Shown here: positions 1 to 9,960 of the stretch, in pieces
How positions within the stretch are numbered: position 1 is the first letter of the stretch
Layout of the letters: each line of letters starts with the position of its first letter
Source: Acutalibacteraceae bacterium
Lineage (GTDB): Bacteria; Bacillota; Clostridia; Oscillospirales; Acutalibacteraceae
NCBI GenBank assembly: GCA_045648425.1
Contig: JAZRNV010000089.1
Location: forward strand, 17,691 to 81,690
Length of the DNA: 64,000 nt
Direction of reading: 5' to 3'
Position numbers and translations under genes: made by a program
Notes under the pieces: model-generated
What the model was told of the DNA's origin: nothing
The model's database searches: none
What the model saw: the letters and a program-made list of their open reading frames with translations, nothing else

Positions 1-179
1 AGAGGAAGGGCCGTCTTATCATCTATTTTATAAAGTATAACCTTTTCCGGCTCGGCCTCATATTTGCCCGAGGTAACCTTGTTTGGCGTAGGATGGCCGC
101 CATTGCCCATTTGAGGGGTGCAGGCGGTGAGAACAACACTCATCATCAGCACCAGCGCCAGGGCTGTTATTTTTTTCAT
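1..179 (-). CDS. putative lipoprotein, N-terminal fragment (gene continues past the left edge)
   Basis: Own reverse-strand translation. ATG at 179..177 forms an ATGA overlap with the Nudix stop. It then reads MKKITALALVLMMSVVLTACTPQMGNGG..., a signal peptide plus lipobox Cys. It is absent from the ORF track because no stop lies in the window. Confidence 0.5.
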   Translation of the reverse strand, partial: MKKITALALVLMMSVVLTACTPQMGNGGHPTPNKVTSGKYEAEPEKVILYKIDDKTALP

Positions 180-712
180 TTGCGCAATTCCTCCTTCAGC
201 TTCAAAAGGGCAATCTGAGTTTTAGCATCCCGAATTTGGCCGCTCATAACCATCTCAATTGCCTGAGTCAGAGGCATTTTGACAAGCTCAACAAATTCGC
301 CTTGGTCAAAATCGGTATCACCGTGAGTAAGCTCGGTTGCAATGAAAACATATATTTTTTCGGTGCAATATCCCGGAGTGGGATAAACAACACCCATATC
401 CTGCCAATGGGCTGCAGTAATACCCGTTTCTTCTTTAAGCTCGCGCTTGCCGCAAACGGCAGGGTGCTCACCCTGCTCAATTTTGCCTGCAGGTATCTCA
501 AGTATAACCTCGCCGTAGGGATGGCGGTACTGTCTGACAAGATAAATATTGCCCTGCCCGTCATAAGGAAGAATGCCAACGCCACCGTTATGCTCAACTA
601 TTTCTCTGGTGCTTTGGCTGCCGTCGGGAAGCAGCACATCATCTACGCGCGTGTTTATTATACGGCCTTTGAATTTATACTCGGTAGCCGTGGTCTTTTC
701 AGTCATATCCAT
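176..712 (-). CDS. nudF: ADP-ribose pyrophosphatase-type Nudix hydrolase
   Basis: 178-aa ORF with a complete Nudix box GKIEQGEHPAVCGKRELKEETGI (GX5EX7REUXEEXGU). Size and layout are typical of ADPRase. Confidence 0.8.
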   Translation of the reverse strand: MDMTEKTTATEYKFKGRIINTRVDDVLLPDGSQSTREIVEHNGGVGILPYDGQGNIYLVRQYRHPYGEVILEIPAGKIEQGEHPAVCGKRELKEETGITAAHWQDMGVVYPTPGYCTEKIYVFIATELTHGDTDFDQGEFVELVKMPLTQAIEMVMSGQIRDAKTQIALLKLKEELRK

Positions 713-784
713 ATTTTTATCCTGTTCTGTTTAATTGAATTTGTGCATATATTGGTAACAACTATTTGTTTGGAGTGAAAAATT

Positions 785-1687
785 ATGGGTCACATAGTAA
801 AAGCCGTTGAACACGACTATCATACCTTACGCAAAGAAATTTACGGACTTATCGGAAAATATCCCTTTGTTTCTCTTGCTCGCATCGGGAAAAGCTTTAT
901 GGGCAGAGAAATTCACGCCTTGCAAATCGGCAAATGCAAAAAATATCTGCTTATTGCTGCCGCCTTTCACGGAAAAGAGCGCATTACGTCTGCTGTGGCC
1001 CTGCGCTTTGCAGAGGATGTGTGTAACGGGGTAGCTTTGGGCAATGAGCTTACGGGAATACCCATCAGACGAGCTCTTCACGAGCGCGGATTGATCATAG
1101 TGCCTATGGTAAACCCCGACGGATGCGACATTGCCATACACGGTGAAAAGGCCTGTTACAGCCACGCACCCCGAATAAAAAGATTGTGCGGCGGGCACTT
1201 TGAAGATTGGAACGCCAACGGCAGAGGAGTTGACATCAATCACAACTTCAATGCCGGCTGGCAAGCACTTAAGGCAAACGAGCAAAAGCAGGGCATATTT
1301 GGCCCCTGCCCTGCTCGCTACGGCGGTCCTCGCCCTGAAAGCGAGCCCGAAACAGTAGCGCTAACCACCTTGTGCCGCAGAATGAACATTGACCAGGTAA
1401 TGGCTCTGCACACCCAAGGGGAGGAAATCTTTTGGAGATACGGAGAAAACACGCCCCAAAAAGCTGAGCGTATGGCTAAAATTCTGGCCGCATCCTCGGG
1501 CTACAAATTGGCAGAACCTACGGCTTCAGCCGCTCACGGTGGGTTTAAAGATTGGTTCATCGACAAGTTTGGCAGACCCGGATTTACGGTAGAATTAGGC
1601 AAAGGGGTGAACCCTCTGCCCCCTGAACAACTTGATCAAATATACCCCGCTGCTTTAGAGCTGATGGCATTGATGCTGGTAATGTAA
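785..1687 (+). CDS. M14-family zinc carboxypeptidase, gamma-D-glutamyl-diamino-acid peptidase-like
   Basis: 300-aa ORF with an HxxE zinc motif (FHGKERIT), NPDG and a later His ligand (ALHTQGEE). No signal peptide. Confidence 0.65.
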   Translation: MGHIVKAVEHDYHTLRKEIYGLIGKYPFVSLARIGKSFMGREIHALQIGKCKKYLLIAAAFHGKERITSAVALRFAEDVCNGVALGNELTGIPIRRALHERGLIIVPMVNPDGCDIAIHGEKACYSHAPRIKRLCGGHFEDWNANGRGVDINHNFNAGWQALKANEQKQGIFGPCPARYGGPRPESEPETVALTTLCRRMNIDQVMALHTQGEEIFWRYGENTPQKAERMAKILAASSGYKLAEPTASAAHGGFKDWFIDKFGRPGFTVELGKGVNPLPPEQLDQIYPAALELMALMLVM

Positions 1688-1763
1688 AATACATATTTCA
1701 GTATATCAAACTTTTTATGTATTGTAAAGCAAAAGAGAGGGTTAATTTTATCATAAAAAATTA

Positions 1764-1798
1764 AAATCCGCGATGCTTATTTTTTGCACCGCGGATTT
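1764..1798. terminator. bidirectional stem-loop between convergent genes
   Basis: AAATCCGCG (1764..1772) pairs with CGCGGATTT (1790..1798). The stem can extend inward using G-U pairs. T/A-rich runs lie on both flanks. Confidence 0.55.
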
Positions 1799-1806
1799 GT
1801 TTATTA

Positions 1807-2220
1807 TCAGTCAATAACTTTTTTGATTAAGCCGGTCTCTTCCGGAGAAATCTTTTCGTCACAAGAAAGAAATGCCAGCAAAAGAGTTGCTGTATTAATC
1901 TTGTTTTGACGGGAAAGCTTGTCTGCAAAATCGTTTACGATATCTACCATATCGGGGGTGTAAAGTTGAATGAGCTTGTCGGTGGTTTCACGGTCTATGC
2001 CCATAACCTCACGCAAAAACCTATCCTCAAGAGGAGTAAGCTTGCCATCGGCTCCAACTGCCGAAAGAATGATTGAGCAGAGCATAAAATAGCCGTTGTT
2101 TTCAGGGTCTACACGCTTGCAGTCGGGCATTACTGCCTCAACCGCATTTTTTGCTCTGGCAACAAGCTGATCGAAGTCGAGGTTTACATAATATTGCAAA
2201 AGATCTTCGAAAGTATTCAT
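1807..2220 (-). CDS. small cytoplasmic protein, possibly TerB-like; last gene of the BMP ABC operon
   Basis: 137 aa. The AVGADGKLTPLEDRFL pattern is reminiscent of TerB/DjlA-N type domains. RBS AAAGGAGAG lies in the 20-nt gap after the permease stop. Confidence 0.4.
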   Translation of the reverse strand: MNTFEDLLQYYVNLDFDQLVARAKNAVEAVMPDCKRVDPENNGYFMLCSIILSAVGADGKLTPLEDRFLREVMGIDRETTDKLIQLYTPDMVDIVNDFADKLSRQNKINTATLLLAFLSCDEKISPEETGLIKKVID

Positions 2221-2240
2221 AACATCTCTCCTTTTTCAAA

Positions 2241-3239
2241 TTACCGTTCTTCACGGAAATAAGGCAAGCCGAGACTTTCGGGGGGCTGATGCTCGCGTTT
2301 TTTGCGCATACTGATTGCTATGAGCACAAGCAGCGTTACAACATAGGGCAGCATCTCAACAAGGTTTTTCAGTGCGCGCTGAGTTTCGCCGAAATTCAAA
2401 TACGCGACAATAATGTAAAGTCCTCCGAAAATATAGGAGCCCCAAATGCCCGATTTCGGATTCCACAAAGCAAAGATAACCAGTGCTATGGCAAGCCATC
2501 CTCTGTCACCAAAGCCGCCGTCACTCCAGGTTCCGCAAGCGTAGTCCATAATATAATACAGGCCGCCCAGACCGGCGATGGCACCGCCCACTATGGTTGC
2601 CAGATATTTATAACGGGTTACGTTGATGCCTGCCGCATCGGCTGTTGCGGGGTTTTCACCTACGGCGCGAAGAGAGAGGCCTACTCTTGTGCGTTTTAAG
2701 AACCAAGCAGTTATTATAGCCACAATTATCGCTACATACACCAAAAAGCCGTATGACATAACGAGCTTACCGAAAGCACCGCACTTTTCTGCAAAGGGCA
2801 GAGGTGTTTTCATAAGGTCACTGGTGGCCTTCACCTTCAAAGAGCCGCCTTCGCCGAACAGCTGTGCCAACGAGCCGCCAAAGAAGTTGCCCACACCCAT
2901 ACCAAAGGTGGTGAGTGCAAGACCTGTTACGTTTTGATTGGCACGCAGAGTGATGGTCAAAAAGCTGTATATAAGGGCCATCAAAGCTGAGCCGATAAGA
3001 GAGCAGATAACCGGCACAATAACCGCAACGATGGCGTTAAAGGCATCGCCTGCCAGCTTTTCATAAAAGAAGGCGCCTATAATGCCCGACACGCCGCCCA
3101 TATACATAATGCCGGGAATGCCCAGATTAAGGTTGCCCGATTTTTCGGTTACGATTTCACCCGTTGAGCCAAAAAGCAAGGGCGTGCCTTGAATAATTGC
3201 TTTGGGTATAAAGTCAACAAGCCAAGTAAAAAAAGTCAT
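2241..3239 (-). CDS. ABC transporter permease (BMP/nucleoside-type uptake system, YufQ/NupQ-like)
   Basis: 332-aa polytopic membrane ORF in an operon with a BMP-family binding protein, a double-ATPase and a second permease. Confidence 0.8.
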   Translation of the reverse strand: MTFFTWLVDFIPKAIIQGTPLLFGSTGEIVTEKSGNLNLGIPGIMYMGGVSGIIGAFFYEKLAGDAFNAIVAVIVPVICSLIGSALMALIYSFLTITLRANQNVTGLALTTFGMGVGNFFGGSLAQLFGEGGSLKVKATSDLMKTPLPFAEKCGAFGKLVMSYGFLVYVAIIVAIITAWFLKRTRVGLSLRAVGENPATADAAGINVTRYKYLATIVGGAIAGLGGLYYIMDYACGTWSDGGFGDRGWLAIALVIFALWNPKSGIWGSYIFGGLYIIVAYLNFGETQRALKNLVEMLPYVVTLLVLIAISMRKKREHQPPESLGLPYFREER

Positions 3240-3243
3240 ATTA

Positions 3244-4377
3244 TCACTGCGCCTCCTTCTTTGAGTGGCGGAAGTTTATCTTGTACTGGATAAAGAATTC
3301 ACAGCCGATAATAAAGAACAAGATTATTCCTGTTATAATGTCTGACAAGTTCTCATTAAGAACCTCATATCTTGAGGCGATTGCACTTGAACCGCGCTGC
3401 AGAAATATTATGAGGAAGCTGGTAAGCACCATTACGATGGGATTGAATTTTGCAAGCCACGACACCATCATAGCCGTAAAGCCCTGGCCACCGACAGTAG
3501 TGGTGGTTACGGTGTGGTCAATTCCGCCCACAAGCAGCATACCTGCCAAGCCGCAAAGTCCGCCCGAAACCAGCATGGTGCGTATAATTACCTTTTTAAC
3601 ATTGATGCCTATATAGCGTGCGGTGTTTTGGCTTTCACCAACGACCGAAATCTCATAGCCGTGCTTGCTGTGCTTAAGATAAACATAAAGCAACAGACAA
3701 ACCACAACAACAATCAAAATGTTAAGTATATATTTGTTGCCGAACAAATAGGGCAGCCAGCCCTTTTCGGTGCTGAGGTTGATAACACCGATTTTTGCAG
3801 AGTTTTTCGGGTTTTCCCAAATTATTTCAAAGAACTTGACCAATGAAATTGCAACATAGTTCATCATAAGTGTGAAGAGGGTTTCATTGGTGTTGTAATG
3901 AGCTTTGAATATTGCAGGTATTACACCCCAGATTGCTCCTGCCAAAACCGAGCAAATAAGCAGCACGGGGATATAAGCCCACATGGGAAGAGTGTTGCCG
4001 AAATAAATCATACAAGCAGCGGCTGCAAGACAACCGGCCAGGGTCTGACCTTCTGCGCCGCAGTTCCAGAACTTCATTTTAAACGCAGGGGTTACCGCCA
4101 AGGAAATACAAAGCAAAATTGCCACTCGCTGGAAGGTTACCCACATTTTGCGCTTGGTTTCAAAATTGCCCTTAACCATTTCTACATAAACGTCAATGGG
4201 GTTAAGCCCTGAAAGCAGGGTGATTATTATACCCGACACCACAAGGGCGGCAAATATTGCACCAAATCGGATAAGCCAACTCTTCCACCAGTCCATCGTA
4301 TCGCGCTTAGTGATGTGAATAAGCGGCTCGCGGTGAGTGGTTATTGCCTTTTGAATTTTTTCGGTGTTTTCGCTCAT
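3244..4377 (-). CDS. ABC transporter permease (YufP/NupP-like)
   Basis: 377-aa polytopic membrane ORF. Its start overlaps the ATPase stop by 4 nt (4374..4377). Confidence 0.8.
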   Translation of the reverse strand: MSENTEKIQKAITTHREPLIHITKRDTMDWWKSWLIRFGAIFAALVVSGIIITLLSGLNPIDVYVEMVKGNFETKRKMWVTFQRVAILLCISLAVTPAFKMKFWNCGAEGQTLAGCLAAAACMIYFGNTLPMWAYIPVLLICSVLAGAIWGVIPAIFKAHYNTNETLFTLMMNYVAISLVKFFEIIWENPKNSAKIGVINLSTEKGWLPYLFGNKYILNILIVVVVCLLLYVYLKHSKHGYEISVVGESQNTARYIGINVKKVIIRTMLVSGGLCGLAGMLLVGGIDHTVTTTTVGGQGFTAMMVSWLAKFNPIVMVLTSFLIIFLQRGSSAIASRYEVLNENLSDIITGIILFFIIGCEFFIQYKINFRHSKKEAQ

Positions 4378-5909
4378 TCCTCGTCACCTCCCGTTTTTGT
4401 CATAAGCAGACCAACCTGTTCTTTTGTAGCAGTGCGGCCGTCAACCACACCTGTTACACGGCCTGAGCCGATAACCAGAATTCTGTCACATAAATCCAGC
4501 AGCACGTCAAGATCTTCACCCACGAAGATTACTGCTACACCCTTTTCTTTTTGTTGGTTGAGCAGATTGTAAATTGTGTAGGATGAATTAATATCAAGAC
4601 CTCGCACGGGGTACGCCGCCATAAGCACCGTCGGTGTGGCCGCAATCTCTCGTCCCACCAAAACCTTTTGAACGTTACCGCCCGAAAGACGTCTTACGGG
4701 AGTTGTGGGGCCGGGGGTGACAACCTCAAGGTCACTGATGATGTGTTCTGCCAAATCTTTGGGAGTTTTGCGCTCGAGGAACATAGATTTGCCTCTGCGG
4801 TAGCTGCGAAGCATCATATTGTCTATAATATCCATATTGCCAACGAGGCCCATTCCCAATCGGTCTTCAGGAACGAAGGACAGACGCACGCCCAGCTCCC
4901 GTATTTGCATAGGAGTCTTATCTCGCAGATTGTGAATCTCGTCGGTTTTGGGATCGTGATAAGCAACCTCGCCCGTGGTAAGGTGCTGCAAGCCGGCTAT
5001 TGACTCAAGCAGCTCGCGCTGACCCGAGCCGGCAATACCTGCAATACCCAAAATTTCACCTGAACGGGCTGTAAAGGAAACCCTGTCAAGCACCGTCATA
5101 CCCTGCCTGTCAACACAGCTGATTTCTTTTACAACCAGTCGGTCCTGAGGATTAACGGGCTCGCTACGGTTAATGTTAAGAGATATTTTTTGGCCCACCA
5201 TCATTTCGGTCAGCTGATTTTCATTGGTTGAAGCCGTCTCAACAGTGCCTACATATTCGCCCTTACGAAGCACCGCAACGCGGTCAGACAATGACAGCAC
5301 CTCGTGAAGCTTGTGGGTTATGATAACGATTGCTTTGCCGTCATCCCTCATTCTGCGAAGAACGTTAAAAAGCTTTTCAGTCTCTTGAGGAGTAAGAACA
5401 GCGGTGGGCTCATCCAGAATAAGTATATCGGCGCCGCGATAAAGCACCTTGATTATTTCAACCGTCTGTTTTTCGGAAACAGACATGGTATAAATCTTTT
5501 TCTGAGGGTCAATTTCAAAGCCGTAGCGGCTGCTTATCTCGATTACCTTTTTGTTGGCTTTTTTTATATCAAAGCTGCCCTCGTTTTCAAGGCCGAGCAC
5601 AATATTTTCGGTGGCCGTAAAAACATCAACAAGCTTGAAATGCTGATGAATCATACCGATTTTGTAATCAAAAGCATCTTTTGGAGAAGCTATAATCGCC
5701 TCTTCCCCATTAATAAAAATCTGGCCCTCGTCGGGAAAATAGATGCCCGATATCATATTCATAAGGGTTGTTTTTCCGCTGCCGTTTTCACCAAGGATAG
5801 ACAAAATCTCACCCTTGTTAACGGTCAAGTCAACGTTGTTATTGGCAACAACGCTGCCAAAACGCTTAGTTACACCCCGCAACTCTATTGCCGGAACATC
5901 ATATACCAT
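4374..5909 (-). CDS. ABC transporter ATP-binding protein with two fused ATPase domains (YufO/NupO/RbsA-like)
   Basis: Walker A motifs GENGSGKTT and GIAGSGQRE, plus an LSGGNVQK signature. The ORF track extends to 5948, but the ATG at 5909 (MVYDVPAIELRG) has GGAGGG 6 nt upstream. Confidence 0.85.
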   Translation of the reverse strand: MVYDVPAIELRGVTKRFGSVVANNNVDLTVNKGEILSILGENGSGKTTLMNMISGIYFPDEGQIFINGEEAIIASPKDAFDYKIGMIHQHFKLVDVFTATENIVLGLENEGSFDIKKANKKVIEISSRYGFEIDPQKKIYTMSVSEKQTVEIIKVLYRGADILILDEPTAVLTPQETEKLFNVLRRMRDDGKAIVIITHKLHEVLSLSDRVAVLRKGEYVGTVETASTNENQLTEMMVGQKISLNINRSEPVNPQDRLVVKEISCVDRQGMTVLDRVSFTARSGEILGIAGIAGSGQRELLESIAGLQHLTTGEVAYHDPKTDEIHNLRDKTPMQIRELGVRLSFVPEDRLGMGLVGNMDIIDNMMLRSYRRGKSMFLERKTPKDLAEHIISDLEVVTPGPTTPVRRLSGGNVQKVLVGREIAATPTVLMAAYPVRGLDINSSYTIYNLLNQQKEKGVAVIFVGEDLDVLLDLCDRILVIGSGRVTGVVDGRTATKEQVGLLMTKTGGDEE

Positions 5910-6011
5910 AATGCACCCTCCATCTGTGATGATTTGGCTTTGCCTCAAAAAAGAACCCCATCAAAATCGGACTCTTTTTTGAATCAAAGCCCTATCTTAT
6001 TAACCATTACG

Positions 6012-6039
6012 GGCGAGGCAGAGATAGCCCTGCCTCGCC
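6012..6039 (-). promoter_or_regulatory. GC-rich intercistronic stem-loop after the binding-protein gene
   Basis: GGCGAGGCAG (6012..6021) pairs with CTGCCTCGCC (6030..6039), a perfect 10-bp stem with no U-tract. It lies in the 159-nt gap between the SBP stop and the ATPase start. Confidence 0.6.
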
Positions 6040-6068
6040 TGTGGATTTGAAATTACTATTAAGTAAAA

Positions 6069-7271
6069 TTACTTGGTGGTAACACCGTCGATATCGATAT
6101 CGAAATAAGGAGCAGAACGATATTCAGACTCGAGGAATGCACCGTCCTTAATAACCTCGGTATCAGGAGCGAATGCAGCATCAGAGTCAACGTCTGCCTT
6201 GTAAGAGGTCATCTCTTTGCCGTCTTTAGTCCAGGTGTTGGTAGCAAATACATCAAGCTCGCCGGCAATGATCTTTGCCTTTGCAGTTTCGATAGCTTCC
6301 TTAGTGCCCTCGGCAACAGAGCTGCCGAGCTCGCTGAGTTCAACAGAACCGCTCTCGATGTCGCCTGACCAGTCGGTATCAATGGCCTTGTCTTCAGCTA
6401 CACAGTTGATGATGTACTTGAAGTAAGGAGCCCAGTTGATGCGTGAAGATACAAGGAAGGTGTTGGGGCATGCCTTTGCGGTAGAGCCGTTGTAAGAAAC
6501 ATTGGGAACACCTGCAGCTTCGCAAGCGTTGGGAGCGCCCATAGAGTCAGCGTGCTGGCTGATAAGAACGCAACCGTCGTTGATAAGAGCGTTTGCATAC
6601 TCCATCTCTTTGGTCTCGTCGTACCAAGACTCGGTGTACTTAACGGTGATGGTAGCGGTGGGGCATACGGAACGAGCGCCAAGGTAGAATGAAGTCATAC
6701 CTGACTTAACCTCGGCATAGGGCATAGCACCAACATAGCCGATCTTGGCCTGCTCTGCGGTGATCTTGCCTTCTTCGATCATCTCGTTGAGTTTCATACC
6801 TGCAACGATACCTGCAAGGTAACGACCTTCATAGATAGAAGCAAATGCATTGTGGAAGTTGTCAAGCTTTTCGGTGTGAGCTTTGGTGCCGGTAGCATGG
6901 CAGAACTCAACCTCGGGGAATTCCTTAGCGGCGCGGATCATATGGTCCTCATGGCCGAAGGAGTTGGCAAAAACGATATCGCAACCTGCATCAGCAAGCT
7001 CGGCAGCTGCTTCATAGCAATCTGCACTTTCGGGAACGCCCTTCTTGATCACGTACTGATCTTCGGTAAGGCCAAGTTCCTTAACAACTTCTTTTGCAGC
7101 GTTGATGAAGTTAAGGTCATAGGTAGAGTTTTCATCGTGCAAGCAGATGAAACCGATCTTAACATCAAGGCCGTCGTTTTTGCCGCCTTTGTCTGCGTCT
7201 TTGTCAGCGCCGCAAGCTGCGAAGCTGAGAAGCATAACAAGAGCGAGAAGCAAAGAGATAAGCTTTTTCAT
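6069..7271 (-). CDS. BMP-family ABC substrate-binding lipoprotein (PnrA/Med-like, nucleoside-type)
   Basis: MKKLISLLLALVMLLSFAACG is a signal peptide with a lipobox. RBS GGAGGA precedes the ATG at 7271 (the ORF track starts 5 codons earlier). The sequence is characteristic of the BMP/Med family. Confidence 0.8.
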   Translation of the reverse strand: MKKLISLLLALVMLLSFAACGADKDADKGGKNDGLDVKIGFICLHDENSTYDLNFINAAKEVVKELGLTEDQYVIKKGVPESADCYEAAAELADAGCDIVFANSFGHEDHMIRAAKEFPEVEFCHATGTKAHTEKLDNFHNAFASIYEGRYLAGIVAGMKLNEMIEEGKITAEQAKIGYVGAMPYAEVKSGMTSFYLGARSVCPTATITVKYTESWYDETKEMEYANALINDGCVLISQHADSMGAPNACEAAGVPNVSYNGSTAKACPNTFLVSSRINWAPYFKYIINCVAEDKAIDTDWSGDIESGSVELSELGSSVAEGTKEAIETAKAKIIAGELDVFATNTWTKDGKEMTSYKADVDSDAAFAPDTEVIKDGAFLESEYRSAPYFDIDIDGVTTK

Positions 7272-7383
7272 TGTCTGTTCCTCCAAAAATAAAAAATTGT
7301 ATGTAAAAAAATTACATCCACAAATTTAAATCGCAGTTTTTTTGAAAAACCGCCTCAAAAAACTGCTTTTTTTATCTACCCTA

Positions 7384-7412
7384 AATATATCACTTTATTC
7401 GAGCGGTGTCAA
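7384..7412 (-). promoter_or_regulatory. sigma-A type promoter of the BMP ABC operon
   Basis: Reverse strand reads TTGACA (7412..7407), a 17-nt spacer ending in TG, then TATATT (7389..7384). This lies about 110 nt upstream of the ATG. Confidence 0.6.
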
Positions 7413-7622
7413 CATTTTTCGTCTTTGTTTTTTAGCTTTTTACCTCTCGTGCCGATAGTGTTGACTATCATCGAAAAATGCTGCCGTAGGCGTTTGCATA
7501 GGAGCAGGTGCCTGCAAAAAAATCAGTGACAACTATTCTCACATTGATTTACCCGTAATAAAGCAATAAGCCAAAACTGATTTGCACAAAAAAAGATGAA
7601 TTTTCAGTGGAACAAAAGACGA

Positions 7623-7658
7623 AAAGCCGTGGTAATGCTGACGCATACCACGGCTTTT
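7623..7658 (-). terminator. rho-independent terminator of rsmE-rsmF
   Basis: AAAAGCCGTGGTA pairs with TACCACGGCTTTT around a 10-nt loop. On the minus strand it is followed by TTTTCGTCTTTTGTT. Confidence 0.8.
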
Positions 7659-7709
7659 TTAAGCATGTTATTTCTAAGTGACCGCTCCCTTTGCACGCTG
7701 AGCCGTTTT

Positions 7710-9065
7710 TTATTTTATTCGCAAGCCCTTGGGATAGTGATTTTTGGCAACGCCCGACACAACCTTCACTCCGCCGACAGGGCAACCGTTCAGAGTAACA
7801 ACCGCCCACCCGTTTTGGCAGTCAACCTCTATCTGCTCGCCGCGGAGATATTTTTGAAGCCGCTCATCTTCAAGAGTCAGCTCTATCTTGCGTTTAAAGC
7901 ATCTGCCCATTCCCGAGAAAAATTGGTGATGGGGCTGGATATACCCTTTGCGCACCTCGCCTATTGTAATGCCGCACATAAACGCAGTACCCTTAGAAAC
8001 AGGAAAAGCACTATCAAAATAAACGGGATTACCGTTATAAATTTGCACCGCGTTTTGATTGTAGCATTCAAGAGTATCATCAAGAAAATCGGTGATAATT
8101 CTGTCAATTTTTTGAGTGAAGCAAGGCGTTTTGCAGTTATATCCGACTTCACCCTTGCGATGAAGAAGAGCCATAAACTGACCCTCCCCCTTCCCCTTGT
8201 GGGGATAAAAGCGTCGGGTATAAGAAAGGCAATCGCAATAACAGCCCTCGAAGCTTATACCGTCACTTGTGTGAAGCCGCACCCTTTCGGTGACGGGCAG
8301 CAGTTCAAAATCGGGATGGGTCCGCAAAAAGCTGTCAACCGCCATTTCATTTTCTTCCAAAGAAAAGGTGCAGGTGGCATAGATTATATATCCGCCCTCT
8401 TTTACAAGCAAGGCGGCATTTTCTAAAATTTCACCTTGACGGGCAGCACACATTTTAACATTTTCAGGGCTCCACTCTTCTACGGCCGCTTCTTCCTTGC
8501 GAAACATTCCTTCACCCGAGCAAGGGGCATCCACCATAACCAGGTTAAAGGTGTGAGGGTAAAGCTTGGCAAGACGGGAGGTATCCATACAGGTGGTCAG
8601 AGAGTTTTTAAGTCCCAGCCGTTCTATATTGCCTGTAAGAATTCGGCATCTCGCAGGTATGATTTCGTTTGAAACCAGCACCCCGTCATCCCCCAGCTTG
8701 TTTTTAAGCTGGGTGCTTTTGCCGCTGGGCGCGGCACACATATCAAGCACCCACCAATCGGGCTCAACCTCTATACACTCGGCAGGAGCCATTGCCCCCG
8801 GCTCTTGCACGTATATCATTCCGGCGTGATGAAAGGGGTGGTTGCCGATTTTGTCATATTCAAAATAAAATCCGTTTTCCACATAAGCAATCGGGCGAAG
8901 CTCAAAGGGGCAGATGGATTTAAATTCCTCTACCGAGATTTTATCGGTATTTACCCTGAGGGCTCTTACGGGAGCGCCGCTCATCGCCTGCTCGTAAAGG
9001 GAATACTCCTCACCCAGCAGGGTCTTCATTCTGCTTACATATTCTTTTGGCAGGTTGACCATCAT
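7710..9065 (-). CDS. rsmF: 16S rRNA m5C methyltransferase, RsmB/RsmF (NOL1/NOP2/Sun) family with C-terminal PUA-like domain
   Basis: 451 aa. Motifs DMCAAPSGKS, DAPCSGEGMFRK and YATCTFS. The C-terminal ...GVKVVSGVAKNHYPKGLRI is typical of the RsmF PUA-like domain. Confidence 0.75.
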   Translation of the reverse strand: MMVNLPKEYVSRMKTLLGEEYSLYEQAMSGAPVRALRVNTDKISVEEFKSICPFELRPIAYVENGFYFEYDKIGNHPFHHAGMIYVQEPGAMAPAECIEVEPDWWVLDMCAAPSGKSTQLKNKLGDDGVLVSNEIIPARCRILTGNIERLGLKNSLTTCMDTSRLAKLYPHTFNLVMVDAPCSGEGMFRKEEAAVEEWSPENVKMCAARQGEILENAALLVKEGGYIIYATCTFSLEENEMAVDSFLRTHPDFELLPVTERVRLHTSDGISFEGCYCDCLSYTRRFYPHKGKGEGQFMALLHRKGEVGYNCKTPCFTQKIDRIITDFLDDTLECYNQNAVQIYNGNPVYFDSAFPVSKGTAFMCGITIGEVRKGYIQPHHQFFSGMGRCFKRKIELTLEDERLQKYLRGEQIEVDCQNGWAVVTLNGCPVGGVKVVSGVAKNHYPKGLRIK

Positions 9066-9814
9066 TCACCCTCGCAAACATTCATTTCGATATGGAGCAT
9101 ACACATCGCCAAAGATGCGATTGCCGCCGTTTCGGTGCGTAAAATACGTTGGCCCAGAGAAATCACCTTGCCCCCTGCCTGCACCGCTTTTTCTATCTCT
9201 GCGGGCTCAAAGCCGCCCTCGGTGCCGATAAATATGCCCACCGACATACCCGATTTTATTGAAGCGAGAGCTTTTGAGGTGGCCGCCATTCCCTCTGCGC
9301 ATTCGTAGGGCACCAGCACCAAATCAAGCTCGGAGGCCTGCTTAACCGCATCGGCATAACTTGTGACGGGAAAAACATTCGCCACGCGGCTGCATTTGCT
9401 TTGCTTGGCGGCACTTTCGGCAATGGCCTGCCAGCGGGCCACCTTGCTTTGCTTCTTTTTATCATCAAGCTTAACCACCGAGCGCTTCATCTCAACGGGA
9501 ATCACGCCCGCAGCGCCCAGCTCAACCGCCTTTTGTATTATAAGCTCCATCTTATCACTTTTGGGAAGCCCCTGAAAAAGATAAATATCCACCGGCAGGT
9601 CGGTGCTTTGATAGTTTTGCTCAATTATTTGGGCCACCACACATCCCTCGGCTATGCTTTGCAGGGCGCAAAGATGGCTGACACCGCCGTCGCTGACCAA
9701 AAAGGTGTCGCCCACCCTCATGCGTAAAACGTTTTTTATATGGTTGCAATCTGCTCCGTCTATGTAATAAGCGTCACCTTGACGGCTATCCTCTTTGGCA
9801 AAAAAATTAAACAT
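9062..9814 (-). CDS. rsmE: 16S rRNA (uracil1498-N3)-methyltransferase
   Basis: 250 aa with a PUA-like N-terminus and a SPOUT C-terminus (GTEGGFEPAEIE, LGQRILRTETA). Overlaps rsmF by 4 nt. Confidence 0.8.
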   Translation of the reverse strand: MFNFFAKEDSRQGDAYYIDGADCNHIKNVLRMRVGDTFLVSDGGVSHLCALQSIAEGCVVAQIIEQNYQSTDLPVDIYLFQGLPKSDKMELIIQKAVELGAAGVIPVEMKRSVVKLDDKKKQSKVARWQAIAESAAKQSKCSRVANVFPVTSYADAVKQASELDLVLVPYECAEGMAATSKALASIKSGMSVGIFIGTEGGFEPAEIEKAVQAGGKVISLGQRILRTETAAIASLAMCMLHIEMNVCEGE

Positions 9815-9960
9815 AGGTGCACCCTCTTGAATTTTGTTGAATTTATGAATTAATTATATCAAAACTTTTGCAAATTGACAATGGATTTATTGCATATATT
9901 TTAAGGAGGGCGTGTATATGTCATTTTAAGGAGTTTTTTTATGTTTTTTGCAATTTTTTC

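Noticed and set aside
7287-7383. Possible purine or nucleoside riboswitch in the leader of the BMP ABC operon
   Set aside because: The leader contains only an A/T-rich hairpin (GCAGTTTTTTGA paired with TCAAAAAAACTGC). I could not find the conserved purine-riboswitch junction sequences. No call was made.
7596-8426. 276-aa plus-strand ORF
   Set aside because: It lies entirely antisense to the well-supported rsmF gene. Its sequence is low-complexity with no RBS. It is a shadow ORF.
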